From a virus: a stretch of DNA of 64,000 nt. Below the pieces are notes generated by a model, which had not been told where the DNA came from, did not search any database, and saw nothing but the letters and a program-made list of their open reading frames with translations. The DNA is taken from positions 19,584 to 83,583 of IMG/VR virus record IMGVR_UViG_3300021963_005690; one strand, 5' to 3'. Within the stretch, counting starts at the first letter, position 1. Each line of letters opens with the position of its first letter. This document shows positions 24,501-33,776 of this stretch, piece by piece. The translations under genes were made by a program, and so were the position numbers.

Positions 24501-25031
24501 TCATAGCTCTAATGTTAACAACCATTGTTCTACACCATTAAACATTATAGGTTTGGATGACGCAGTAAAGGTGTGTTCGGGCAATGCCTTAGGTAACATA
24601 TATTTTTTTGTTAATTCAAAAAGTTTATAATTGTAATCATTAAATGAAATAATTACACTATGACAACCTAACTCTTTGGCTCTTTCAATTTGGTATTTAG
24701 TATTATGAAGGTGTGTATATGATTTTACACCTAAACCCTTATGCCTATTATCAGCATCGGAAAAACCACGAAACACCGCCTGATATACTTTATTACCGTT
24801 GAACTCTCTGACTATGCCACCAGTTGCAGTCCAAAATTTCTCATTAACATACAATAATTGATACGTATCAATTGCATCATCCCTTAATAAACTTAACAAG
24901 CTCCATGGGTGAGTATAATTGTAATTTTCTGGAATCTCTTCTCCAAACTTATCAATCAATGCACGTTTAAGCATGTCAACAAATTTATCTTTATTTTCTT
25001 TAGAGAGTGTTATCATTACTACTGTGTCCAT
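24501..25031 (-). CDS. hypothetical protein, possibly GNAT-like
   Basis: 176-aa ORF, HKGLG segment. Confidence 0.6.
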   Translation of the reverse strand: MDTVVMITLSKENKDKFVDMLKRALIDKFGEEIPENYNYTHPWSLLSLLRDDAIDTYQLLYVNEKFWTATGGIVREFNGNKVYQAVFRGFSDADNRHKGLGVKSYTHLHNTKYQIERAKELGCHSVIISFNDYNYKLFELTKKYMLPKALPEHTFTASSKPIMFNGVEQWLLTLEL

Positions 25032-25885
25032 GACAATCTTTCTATCAAATCAAAATACTCATGATTACTTGACCCCCACCATTTATCTTTCCAACTTTTA
25101 ACTAATTGAATATCGGGATGATTGAATATTGGACTTTTTTCTACAACTTCATATCCATGTTGCTTTTGTCGTTGCTCTAATTTAAATTTAACTTGATTAT
25201 TATAAACATAAACTTTACTTGAGTAAGATCCTGTCTTACCTGATATACGATTACTTGCTAATAATAACATTGTAGGGTCAGTAAGGAATGCAAAGTATTG
25301 TTCAGAATTATAACTTAAAAAGAAAGGTGTACCGTGTATATTATTTTTTTTAAAGAAATCAAATTGTCTATATATAGGTTCTATCTCATCTACATACCAT
25401 TTGCCATTAATGTCTAATAGTAAGTGAGGGTCAGAATCACCGGTAATAACTGTTCCTTCTAGTTGAGTAAGTAACCACAAATTGCTAGGCATTTGGTATG
25501 CGGCTATTTTATACTCTGTTGCAATTTTTAAAAATTCACCGGACTCTACAAACTTATCATAATCTAAATCAATAATAATTGGAGTAATGCTATTTTCATC
25601 ACAATATTTAAATGCATATTGTATATCATGGTGATTATATTGTGTACGCATAATCACAGGAGATATCGGCATACCCAAAGTCCTAAACACAGCTAGTACA
25701 TATTCGCTATCAAGACCCCCACTATAACATAAATGAATTTTTCCTTGTTTTTCTGCCCAAATTTTTTCAGCTACTAGTACAGTTTCTTCATAAAAAGATT
25801 TAATGGGGCGACTTACCGAGTTGATGTTTACACACCAACTTGAGCCGGTACCAGACCAAGTTAAATAGCCACTCTGTAAATTCAT
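25019..25885 (-). CDS. PP-loop ATP pyrophosphatase, paralogue of 1984-2892
   Basis: LCYSGGLDSE, D..YA.KYC. Confidence 0.75.
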   Translation of the reverse strand: MNLQSGYLTWSGTGSSWCVNINSVSRPIKSFYEETVLVAEKIWAEKQGKIHLCYSGGLDSEYVLAVFRTLGMPISPVIMRTQYNHHDIQYAFKYCDENSITPIIIDLDYDKFVESGEFLKIATEYKIAAYQMPSNLWLLTQLEGTVITGDSDPHLLLDINGKWYVDEIEPIYRQFDFFKKNNIHGTPFFLSYNSEQYFAFLTDPTMLLLASNRISGKTGSYSSKVYVYNNQVKFKLEQRQKQHGYEVVEKSPIFNHPDIQLVKSWKDKWWGSSNHEYFDLIERLSWTQ

Positions 25886-25891
25886 CAGTTC

Positions 25892-26020
25892 TTAAATAGT
25901 TTCGTAATCAGCTTTAAAACCACCGCACTCTGGGCAAGGAAAGTCTTCTGGCAAATCATCCCATTTACCTTCTGTTTCTTCATCGTGGACATGTCCACAA
26001 ATTACGCATACATGATCCAT
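25892..26020 (-). CDS. rubredoxin
   Basis: MDHVCVICGHVHDE...WDDLPEDFPCPECG (42 aa, not in ORF track). Confidence 0.9.
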   Translation of the reverse strand: MDHVCVICGHVHDEETEGKWDDLPEDFPCPECGGFKADYETI

Positions 26021-26484
26021 TATACTGCTCCCTTTGTTAGTTCATCAAGTTTAACTTGATATGCTTCAGCATGGCGCTTCTCTACTTTAGCAAGAGCCGC
26101 AAAACGCTTTTCAGCTTTCTTTAGTATTTCTTGAAACTCACTAGCATGACGCTGTGATTCTTCAATTTGATGTTGTGCTTCTTTTGCCGCAAGTAAATTG
26201 CCTTCAAATTCTGCAATCTCACGAAACTCAGGATACATAACTTGAAATTCATAAGTTTCACCTTCAATTGCCATCTCTAAACATTGTTTAGTATCTGGCT
26301 TCTTAATAAGCAATTCTAAATGACCCCAGGCATGTAGTAGCTCTTGGTCTGCTGTATGCTCAAAATGTTTTGCAATATCCTCATATCCTTCAGCACGTGC
26401 TATTTTTGCAAAATATTTATATTTTACATGTGCTTGGCTTTCACCGGCTAGTGCCCCTTGTAGGCTAGTTATAGTTTCTGACAT
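26020..26484 (-). CDS. rubrerythrin (ferritin-like domain)
   Basis: AGESQA..KY..FA..AR.EG, E..HA, GETYE...MYP.F. Confidence 0.92.
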   Translation of the reverse strand: MSETITSLQGALAGESQAHVKYKYFAKIARAEGYEDIAKHFEHTADQELLHAWGHLELLIKKPDTKQCLEMAIEGETYEFQVMYPEFREIAEFEGNLLAAKEAQHQIEESQRHASEFQEILKKAEKRFAALAKVEKRHAEAYQVKLDELTKGAV

Positions 26485-26505
26485 AGTTTCTCCTTTGTGT
26501 GTAAA

Positions 26506-26808
26506 TCATTCATCAGTGGGTTTTAATCCATTACTGTGTTTATCTGTTGTTTTTTCAATATCCTGAAATAAACGTTTCTCTTGTGCTGTTAGTTTATCTT
26601 TATGTGACCTGCGTGGGTTACCACATATATAACATTCTTTATTACCACAATCCATAACATGATGTTTTGCTAAACGGTGTGGTTCTTTTATTGCTTTATC
26701 TTTATGTGTTAACCCATGTGCTTTTGCTATCTTAACTTGTTTCTTAACTGCTGTTTCATCCCGATGACGGCGTTGTGAGTTTAAAAATTTTGCTAATTCA
26801 TTGGCCAT
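26506..26808 (-). CDS. hypothetical basic protein with a Cys cluster
   Basis: DCGNKECYICGNPR. Confidence 0.75.
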   Translation of the reverse strand: MANELAKFLNSQRRHRDETAVKKQVKIAKAHGLTHKDKAIKEPHRLAKHHVMDCGNKECYICGNPRRSHKDKLTAQEKRLFQDIEKTTDKHSNGLKPTDE

Positions 26809-27187
26809 TATATTTCTTTCTATAATCTTCTACTGCGGCTTTGATGGCGTCTTCGGCGAGGATACTGCAGTGGATTTTGACTGGGGGGAGGGCAAGTTCG
26901 TCTGCGATCTGGGAGTTTTTAATGGATGAAGCTTCATCCAATGTTTTACCTTTGACCCAGTCTGTGACAAGACTTGAAGAAGCAATTGCCGACCCACACC
27001 CATATGTTTTAAATTTGGCATCTGTTATTATTCCTGTTTCTTTATTTACTTTAATCTGTAACTTCATTACATCCCCGCATGCAGGGGCTCCTACCATACC
27101 TGTACCTACATCATCCTCATCTTTACTAAAACTTCCCACATTTCTTGGGTTTTCGTAATGGTCTATCAACTGCGGCGAATAACTCAT
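26798..27187 (-). CDS. iscU: Fe-S cluster scaffold IscU
   Basis: DHYENPRNVG, GAPACGDVM, GCGSAIASSS, LPPVKIHCS. Confidence 0.97.
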   Translation of the reverse strand: MSYSPQLIDHYENPRNVGSFSKDEDDVGTGMVGAPACGDVMKLQIKVNKETGIITDAKFKTYGCGSAIASSSLVTDWVKGKTLDEASSIKNSQIADELALPPVKIHCSILAEDAIKAAVEDYRKKYNGQ

Positions 27188-27815
27188 ATAATTTCTCCAA
27201 TGTTATGGAACATTTAGTCCCTTTTCTTACATTATCAGTACTCAATAAAAATTCTAAATTATATACACTACCAATAATATTGGGAGAAACTTTGTTTTTA
27301 AATCCTTCTGATATACTATATTTATGATCCAAATGATACTCAGTTTTGCTTCTTTTATCAAAGTTTGCTAACATAGTTAAATCGTTTTTTGAAGTCCAAT
27401 AATAAACTTTTCTACGATACTTTTTAAATTCTAAATATTCAGGATCATCTGGTTTCCACCAAAGACCTTTAGCAATACAGGTATCCTTACGTTTTTGTAT
27501 AGACTGCTCAGTTACTATTTTGCCAGTTAGTGTATTAGATCGTTTTTTGTTTGACTCTACTGATTGCTGTTTTCCGGTCCATGCACTTCTAGTTAGATTA
27601 GCAAGGCTATTACTATTAGTCTGTCTTACTCCAAACATTGGATTGTTTTCTCCTTGTTTAGCTATACTATTCTTTTCTTTCCAGGATTCAGTACGATTAT
27701 TTGCTGCCCATCGTCTAGAACAAATTGGTCCACAAAACCTTCTTTTTAAATTTTTTTGATGTAGATTGGGTAATGTAAATTTGATATTACAATGTTCGCA
27801 AATTTTAGTTAGCAT
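27126..27815 (-). CDS. HNH-type homing endonuclease with Zn-ribbon and NUMOD segments; overlaps the iscU start
   Basis: CEHC..FCGPIC, GENNPMFG, YHLDHKYS...NL....N..K. Confidence 0.78.
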   Translation of the reverse strand: MLTKICEHCNIKFTLPNLHQKNLKRRFCGPICSRRWAANNRTESWKEKNSIAKQGENNPMFGVRQTNSNSLANLTRSAWTGKQQSVESNKKRSNTLTGKIVTEQSIQKRKDTCIAKGLWWKPDDPEYLEFKKYRRKVYYWTSKNDLTMLANFDKRSKTEYHLDHKYSISEGFKNKVSPNIIGSVYNLEFLLSTDNVRKGTKCSITLEKLYELFAAVDRPLRKPKKCGKF

Positions 27816-27853
27816 AATAGGACTTTCGTTGTGTTCTATTATTTAGTCCTTTA

Positions 27854-27970
27854 TTAATCTTTTTTGAACATAGTCAAAATTTTTGCTTGTATATTCTTTG
27901 CAAACTGAGGCTGTGGGAAATTCCAACCAATAAATGCACCTAGTGCTAACCAAAATAATGTTTCTAACAT
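27854..27970 (-). CDS. small membrane protein (MLETLFWLALGAFIGWNFPQP...)
   Basis: 38 aa, AAGGAG RBS. Confidence 0.7.
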   Translation of the reverse strand: MLETLFWLALGAFIGWNFPQPQFAKNIQAKILTMFKKD

Positions 27971-27997
27971 AATGAGTTCTCCTTGTATGTACTGTAT

Positions 27998-28567
27998 TTA
28001 GTGTTCATCAGTATTGTCTATTACTATCCAACCTAATTTCAACAAATCTTCTCTTATCTCATCAGTTACTACACTTTCAGGTACAAACTTCTTACTTTGT
28101 ATATAGTATTCTTGTTGTTCTTTTGTAAGGGCACGAAATTCATCATCATCTAATATCTTACTATCTCTGATACCACTACAATACCAATCAATGTAATCGC
28201 CCTTCTCTTGCATATCAGCAATGATACCACCAGCATGTCTCCAACTACAACTCCACTTTTTCTCAGTTAAGATTGGCCATACATCATTCTTAGTAAAATC
28301 ATTGTTACACATAGAGGCATACAAATTTTGTGCATATACTTCATCACCTTTAACTTTGTCAATGATCCATTGCGTACTACGTAGGTCATACTCCATGTTA
28401 TCTTTTTTCCACTCATCAGTTTCTTCAAGTTCAAGAGTTTGCTGGTGCCATTCCTCATAGAATTTAATCATTTCTTGTGCTAATTCGGGTGTTTTGGTGC
28501 CCTCTTCAACACGCTTTAATTGAGATTTAATTTGAAATGTACCTTTTTCTGGACTTTTATTTATCAT
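27998..28567 (-). CDS. conserved phage hypothetical protein
   Basis: YAQNLYASMCNN...WSCSWR.AGGIIAD...GDYIDWYCSG. Confidence 0.8.
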   Translation of the reverse strand: MINKSPEKGTFQIKSQLKRVEEGTKTPELAQEMIKFYEEWHQQTLELEETDEWKKDNMEYDLRSTQWIIDKVKGDEVYAQNLYASMCNNDFTKNDVWPILTEKKWSCSWRHAGGIIADMQEKGDYIDWYCSGIRDSKILDDDEFRALTKEQQEYYIQSKKFVPESVVTDEIREDLLKLGWIVIDNTDEH

Positions 28568-29033
28568 CTTCTACCTCTATCCAAGTGTGATCACCTAACC
28601 ATTTAACTTTACATATATATTCGTAATCAACTGGTTTACCAGCAGACCAATCATTGGGTCCATGAATACTTAATCTAGTAAACTGTTTACGTGTATCAAA
28701 CAACAACCAATATATATTACCATTTGCTAATTGAAAGTCGTATTTTGCGGCATGAACCATATCAGTTAAATCTAATCTATGTTTAATCTGTTCTGCTTGT
28801 TTTTGTAACACATTTACCAGTTCCATTATTCTATCATATTCTTGTTTGGCGTGTAATCTAGCAACATTAAGCATAATATCTTTATGCTTTTCAACAGGAA
28901 CTAAATCAAACTTAGGTCCACTACTTTCTGTAGCATAAGGTGTTACATTACGGTTAAAGAAATGAATTAGTGAACCTGTACCAGTAGAATCATAACTACT
29001 GACACCATTAGCTGAATTTGGTTTGTCACTCAT
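28557..29033 (-). CDS. DUF2452-like protein
   Basis: coiled segment, AKYDFQ...G.IYWL, LSI.GP.DW, D.TW. Confidence 0.6.
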   Translation of the reverse strand: MSDKPNSANGVSSYDSTGTGSLIHFFNRNVTPYATESSGPKFDLVPVEKHKDIMLNVARLHAKQEYDRIMELVNVLQKQAEQIKHRLDLTDMVHAAKYDFQLANGNIYWLLFDTRKQFTRLSIHGPNDWSAGKPVDYEYICKVKWLGDHTWIEVEDDK

Positions 29034-29039
29034 TAGCTA

Positions 29040-29636
29040 TTATATATCATTTTCTGATTTAACTATAATCTTTTGGGTAGGCTTTTTAGCCTTACTGTAG
29101 AATATATGATTGCCAATTTTTGCTACTTGTTTATAAGGCCACAATGGGTCTACACTTAAATTGTGAAAAAATAGTGTTGATTTTGGTACTACATCAGTAT
29201 ATGCATCATGTGCTAATACATCGTATGCTACTTGTTCTGCTTGTTTATATCTTGTGCTGTTTTTATTTGGCTCACCTTTCCCCTCACATACCCAACTAAA
29301 CTGACATAGTTTTACCTTTTGCATTTCATCGTCTATTAGTCTATCTACATGTGATGCTTGATATATTACAGCGCATGGATCTTTGCCAAAGCCATGTGCT
29401 ATTCTATTCATTACAACACGTGCTACTGCCGCTTGCCCATTTAATGATTCACTACCTGCTTCATAAAATATATTCTTAGCCATACATGTTAATTGATTTG
29501 GATCTACTGCTTTTGCAATTTTAGTTTCTGCTATTATTAAATTAGTTTCTACTACATTTGTCATTTGGTCAATTATAAAAACAATTGTTAAAAACAATAA
29601 TGCTATTAAAATTTTAATAGGTTGGCTTAAATTCAT
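29040..29636 (-). CDS. SleB-like cell wall hydrolase (Hydrolase_2)
   Basis: CMAKNIFYEA..E...GQ.AVA.VVMNR, CQFSW, IGNHIFY. Confidence 0.92.
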   Translation of the reverse strand: MNLSQPIKILIALLFLTIVFIIDQMTNVVETNLIIAETKIAKAVDPNQLTCMAKNIFYEAGSESLNGQAAVARVVMNRIAHGFGKDPCAVIYQASHVDRLIDDEMQKVKLCQFSWVCEGKGEPNKNSTRYKQAEQVAYDVLAHDAYTDVVPKSTLFFHNLSVDPLWPYKQVAKIGNHIFYSKAKKPTQKIIVKSENDI

Positions 29637-29672
29637 AATTTATCCTTTCTGCTTATTTCTAAGCTATGGAAT

Positions 29673-31190
29673 TTAAATGTTATCCCAACAATCGCAATTG
29701 CAACGAATTACTTCGTCTATTGCTTCTTGTACAGAATAAGTTGCAGGTAATAATATGTCAGATGCATATATTACTGATAGCTGAGGTGGTATTAAATTAC
29801 TATATCTTGATCCTGCAAAACTACCCGGCTCAACTGCTTCACCTATATCTATTGCAACACCATCACTATAATAACGGTCATCAACTGGATCATAATATCC
29901 AAAAGGTACGGGTGATCCAATTTCAGTTGCTAATGTTGCAGGTACACTGCCGCCTAATATTCCATTAGCAATTAACTCTGATTCTTGTTGTTTAGTTAAT
30001 TTGTTAGCTATGTTGTTATCTACCGGTATACCGGCTTCTTGCAATCTAGCTTGATTACGAGATTCACGTAACATTGCTACTATACTTCTTCCGCCAACAG
30101 TATTATAATTAGCAATAGCTTCTAAGGTTTGTGAATACATATGCGGTTGAGTAAATGTAGCATATCGTGGTATACTATCTACAAAAGCATATTGTGTACT
30201 AGGAAATGCCGCTATCGTTGGTTCTCTTAAATAGCTTGGTGAACTGTTAGGTACACCTATTGTCATACCTGTGGCAATTGCACGTTGTTCTACTGATAAT
30301 AATGTTCCAGTAAGTTCCCAATTAGTAATTAACTGTTGTGCTAAAGCCGGCTGACTATTTTTAATTGATAGTATCTCAGCGTTGGCAGCATCAATATAAC
30401 TTTGAATAACTGTATTCATGGTTGGCCAACCACCACCGGGAGGAGGATTTATTACTACAGTACCGGCTGCACCTGAATAACTAATAGATATAATCCTACC
30501 ATATGTAGTTATATCCGTAGAATCAGTACCTATTATAGCAGTTGCTGGATTACCACCTACAGTTACGGTGGGTGCGCTTGCATATCCACCACCTTTATTA
30601 GTGTAAGTAAAAGATGTACCATTCCATGTAGCAGTAGCCTGTTCCCATGTAACTGCTAGATATATATTTTTATAAATGTCAGACAGTGTAGTTGTTTGTA
30701 CGTTCTTTATTAAACCGTCGATATCTATACCAAGATAAGGTAATCCACTCATACATCCTAAGAAATTACTCATTGTGTACGTACCATATGGACCATTACC
30801 TAATGCAATTAAGGCTAATCCTTGAGTTGCTAATGTAGTATCAGTTGGCACACTAGTACCATTCACATTTAAGTTTTTATTTGTTTCTAAACTATTAACT
30901 ACTTGTGCAAACTTTTCAATAGGCACACTAGAAATGTTTTTAATCTGTTGCATTGATACACTAAATGATCCAGCCGCTTTAGCAATATCAGGTGGCAATA
31001 TACCATCTAAATATGCACCAAACCCTTGTGGTATGGCTTGTACAGTTAATGGATTAGGTTGTGTAATCTGTTCTGTACTAGATTGAGCAACATTTGTACT
31101 AGCTGTGGTAGTTTCATACGCATTGCTAGCAGGTGCATCCATGTCATTACGTTCTGAAGTTAATCTAAGATTTTGAAAAATGCCGGCCAT
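29673..31190 (-). CDS. hypothetical structural protein (baseplate/tail associated)
   Basis: 505 aa, cotranscribed with PAAR; GGGYASAPTVT segment. Confidence 0.6.
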   Translation of the reverse strand: MAGIFQNLRLTSERNDMDAPASNAYETTTASTNVAQSSTEQITQPNPLTVQAIPQGFGAYLDGILPPDIAKAAGSFSVSMQQIKNISSVPIEKFAQVVNSLETNKNLNVNGTSVPTDTTLATQGLALIALGNGPYGTYTMSNFLGCMSGLPYLGIDIDGLIKNVQTTTLSDIYKNIYLAVTWEQATATWNGTSFTYTNKGGGYASAPTVTVGGNPATAIIGTDSTDITTYGRIISISYSGAAGTVVINPPPGGGWPTMNTVIQSYIDAANAEILSIKNSQPALAQQLITNWELTGTLLSVEQRAIATGMTIGVPNSSPSYLREPTIAAFPSTQYAFVDSIPRYATFTQPHMYSQTLEAIANYNTVGGRSIVAMLRESRNQARLQEAGIPVDNNIANKLTKQQESELIANGILGGSVPATLATEIGSPVPFGYYDPVDDRYYSDGVAIDIGEAVEPGSFAGSRYSNLIPPQLSVIYASDILLPATYSVQEAIDEVIRCNCDCWDNI

Positions 31191-32278
31191 TAAATTACTA
31201 CTCCATTTTGTTGTACTGCTGTAGGTGATCTTAGCTGACTATTCAATCCATCATTAACATATATAGGATAATATATTTTACTATTAGCAGGTCCACCAAT
31301 TGTATTATACACTGGAACTGTTAATGTTGCATAGCTATTAGGAAATAACTTTAATGGATTTAATAAATCTGCTAATGATTCTAAACCAACTGTCTTACAA
31401 TTTAATGATACTAATATATCTTTTAAATCTTGTCCTAAAATAATACCAAATGCTCCGTATATCTTACGTTCTTGTTCTTTGGTTACAGATGAAATATTAC
31501 CTAATATCTGTTCTAACTCTGATACCGTTATATTGCTTGCAATTAGTGCAAGACTTACTGATTTAGTAATAGCATTATTTTTCTGTAGAGTAAATAATAG
31601 ATTACTAGGCAAACCAAATGTAGCAATTGTTTGTAAATTTATTGCTTTTCCACTGGCAATTAAATCTTGACCAAATATAGTAGTTGCTACACTAACACCA
31701 GTAATATCACCCGTAGTTAAATCGTCCATATTACTATATGTACCATCTAAAAATTCTTGTGAATTGTTTACTGCTAGTATAGCATCATTACTAGATTCAA
31801 TAAAACTGCAAGTTGACATAAAGCCAGATAAGAAATCTTTATATGCTCCGGCATCGGCTGATAAACCGCTATTGTAATTAAATTCGTTATAACCCTGTAA
31901 TGCAAACAATCTCACATAACCCCAACGTGTTACTTCATTAGTATATGTGTAATTGCTAGCCCAATTGGGATATCCACTCCAATTAAATGTTGATGGTGGA
32001 CTATTACCTAATGCAGGTATAGTAGTAGAACCAATGGATATTAAATTGTTATAGGTTGTACTATTAACTTGTCCTCTACTATACGCATCATTGATTGAAT
32101 ATGTTAGTAATCGTAAACAAGTGTCATTAACAATTTTACCTAATTGTGTAGCAGATGACACACTGGTACTAGAACCAGTAAAGTCTATCATAATAGGGTT
32201 AATATTAAATCCAATATTTTGTAATAGTGAACTTAATGTATTAACACCTAATGGGCTTTGTTTTCCTGTATCACTCAT
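31190..32278 (-). CDS. hypothetical structural protein
   Basis: 362 aa, coupled to the PAAR gene. Confidence 0.6.
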   Translation of the reverse strand: MSDTGKQSPLGVNTLSSLLQNIGFNINPIMIDFTGSSTSVSSATQLGKIVNDTCLRLLTYSINDAYSRGQVNSTTYNNLISIGSTTIPALGNSPPSTFNWSGYPNWASNYTYTNEVTRWGYVRLFALQGYNEFNYNSGLSADAGAYKDFLSGFMSTCSFIESSNDAILAVNNSQEFLDGTYSNMDDLTTGDITGVSVATTIFGQDLIASGKAINLQTIATFGLPSNLLFTLQKNNAITKSVSLALIASNITVSELEQILGNISSVTKEQERKIYGAFGIILGQDLKDILVSLNCKTVGLESLADLLNPLKLFPNSYATLTVPVYNTIGGPANSKIYYPIYVNDGLNSQLRSPTAVQQNGVVI

Positions 32279-32559
32279 GGGACAAACACATCAGGACTAC
32301 CTTGTACGATACTATGACCGCAAGTGTTTCCTGATCCTACTCTAAGTACTGGTACCCCCTCACAAAAAACAGTTGGACTACCATCAGTAGTTGTTGCTGC
32401 CTTATGCGGCGGATGTCCTTTTCTACTCCATGGCGCGTGTGGTGTAATCTGACTAACATGTAATCCAACTTGAATTCCATTTGCAAATACAGTGCTAGCA
32501 CCACGAATTATAGTGCCACCCTCTTGATTTGCATCTCCCACACGACTTAATTTTGCCAT
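32275..32559 (-). CDS. PAAR-domain spike tip protein (gp5.4-like)
   Basis: RVGD, G..TVFANG, H...H, GSPTVF.EG.PV.RVG...CGH. Confidence 0.9.
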   Translation of the reverse strand: MAKLSRVGDANQEGGTIIRGASTVFANGIQVGLHVSQITPHAPWSRKGHPPHKAATTTDGSPTVFCEGVPVLRVGSGNTCGHSIVQGSPDVFVP

Positions 32560-32560
32560 T

Positions 32561-32866
32561 TTATCCCAATACGATTTTTTTACTAGGTACTTTAATACCA
32601 GTTGTTGCTTCTAGGTACTTATCTTTAATACTATCATCTGTTTCTGCATACATTGCAACATTAGTAGTATTTAGCTTAAATTCACCCTTCGGATTTGCAG
32701 TGAAAATGCTTGGAATCATTTGCATACCCTGTTGTGATGGGGCAATAGATACTGGTTCTTCAATAGTGATGAACCCATTTTCATCGGATACACTAGTCAC
32801 TTTAGCTATTAACTCTTCTCCACTATTCATTTTTATTGTCATGACCGACCCTGTTATAAATTTCAT
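32561..32866 (-). CDS. Sm-like domain protein
   Basis: TIKMNSGEELIAKV...P, Y...TTGI.VP. Confidence 0.65.
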   Translation of the reverse strand: MKFITGSVMTIKMNSGEELIAKVTSVSDENGFITIEEPVSIAPSQQGMQMIPSIFTANPKGEFKLNTTNVAMYAETDDSIKDKYLEATTGIKVPSKKIVLG

Positions 32867-32948
32867 TTTTATCCTTTGTGTATAAATAATAGTGTAGTTC
32901 GCGGAATTAGAGTTCCCAACTACTCTAACGCTATGGAGAGCAATCAGC

Positions 32949-33533
32949 ATGAGTATTTATTCACTATATATCAAGACCCATAAAAAGACAGGTCTTAAAT
33001 ATTTCGGTTACACTAAACAAAATCCTCACCTATATCCAGGATCAGGTACTGACTGGAAAATTCATTTAAAGAAACATGGTTATGAAGTCCATACTGAAGT
33101 TTTATTACAAACTACCGATAAGGCTGAAATAGTAAGTTGGGGAATATTATATAGTTCTAAATGGAATATAGTAAACGCACAAGATGATTTTGGTAATAAA
33201 ATTTGGGCCAACAAGATACCGGAAACAGGTTCCGGGGCAGGTAGAAAGATTGGATCAATTATGCGGTCAGAATCAAAGGAATTGATTAGAGCTAAAGCAA
33301 TTGGTAGAAAACAATCCAATGCATGTGTTGAAAAGAGAAGATTAAAAATGTTAGGCAAGACTGTATGGAATAAAGGCAAGTCAGGATATAAACTACCACA
33401 GTGTGCTAATAAGGGTGAAAAGAATCCCATGTACGGAAAATCAGTACCTAAAAAAATATGTCCACATTGCAATAAAGAGGTGGACATAAGGAACTTTGCT
33501 AGATCACATGGTAATAAGTGCAAGTTTAAATAA
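32949..33533 (+). CDS. GIY-YIG-like homing endonuclease
   Basis: LYIKTHKKTGLKYFG.T, Y.GSG, WAN..PETG, GEKNPMYGK, CPHC. Confidence 0.85.
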   Translation: MSIYSLYIKTHKKTGLKYFGYTKQNPHLYPGSGTDWKIHLKKHGYEVHTEVLLQTTDKAEIVSWGILYSSKWNIVNAQDDFGNKIWANKIPETGSGAGRKIGSIMRSESKELIRAKAIGRKQSNACVEKRRLKMLGKTVWNKGKSGYKLPQCANKGEKNPMYGKSVPKKICPHCNKEVDIRNFARSHGNKCKFK

Positions 33534-33764
33534 CTACGTTGCCTTTGTTAAAAATTGTTTAAGTTCATTAAATCCACCAATCAATTCACCATCTAAAATG
33601 ATTTGGGGTACTGTTCTTGCTGACGGGATTGCTTCTAGCAATTCTTCTTTGGTATATCCGTCTCCAATTTTCTTTTCTTCAAACGGAATACCCTTTTGAT
33701 GTAACAAGGCTTTTGCTTGGTCACAGTAGGGACAATGGTACTTCGACCAAATAACTGCTTTCAT
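33534..33764 (-). CDS. glutaredoxin
   Basis: CPYC, TVPQI, IGGF. Confidence 0.95.
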   Translation of the reverse strand: MKAVIWSKYHCPYCDQAKALLHQKGIPFEEKKIGDGYTKEELLEAIPSARTVPQIILDGELIGGFNELKQFLTKAT

Positions 33765-33776
33765 TTTTTATTCTCC

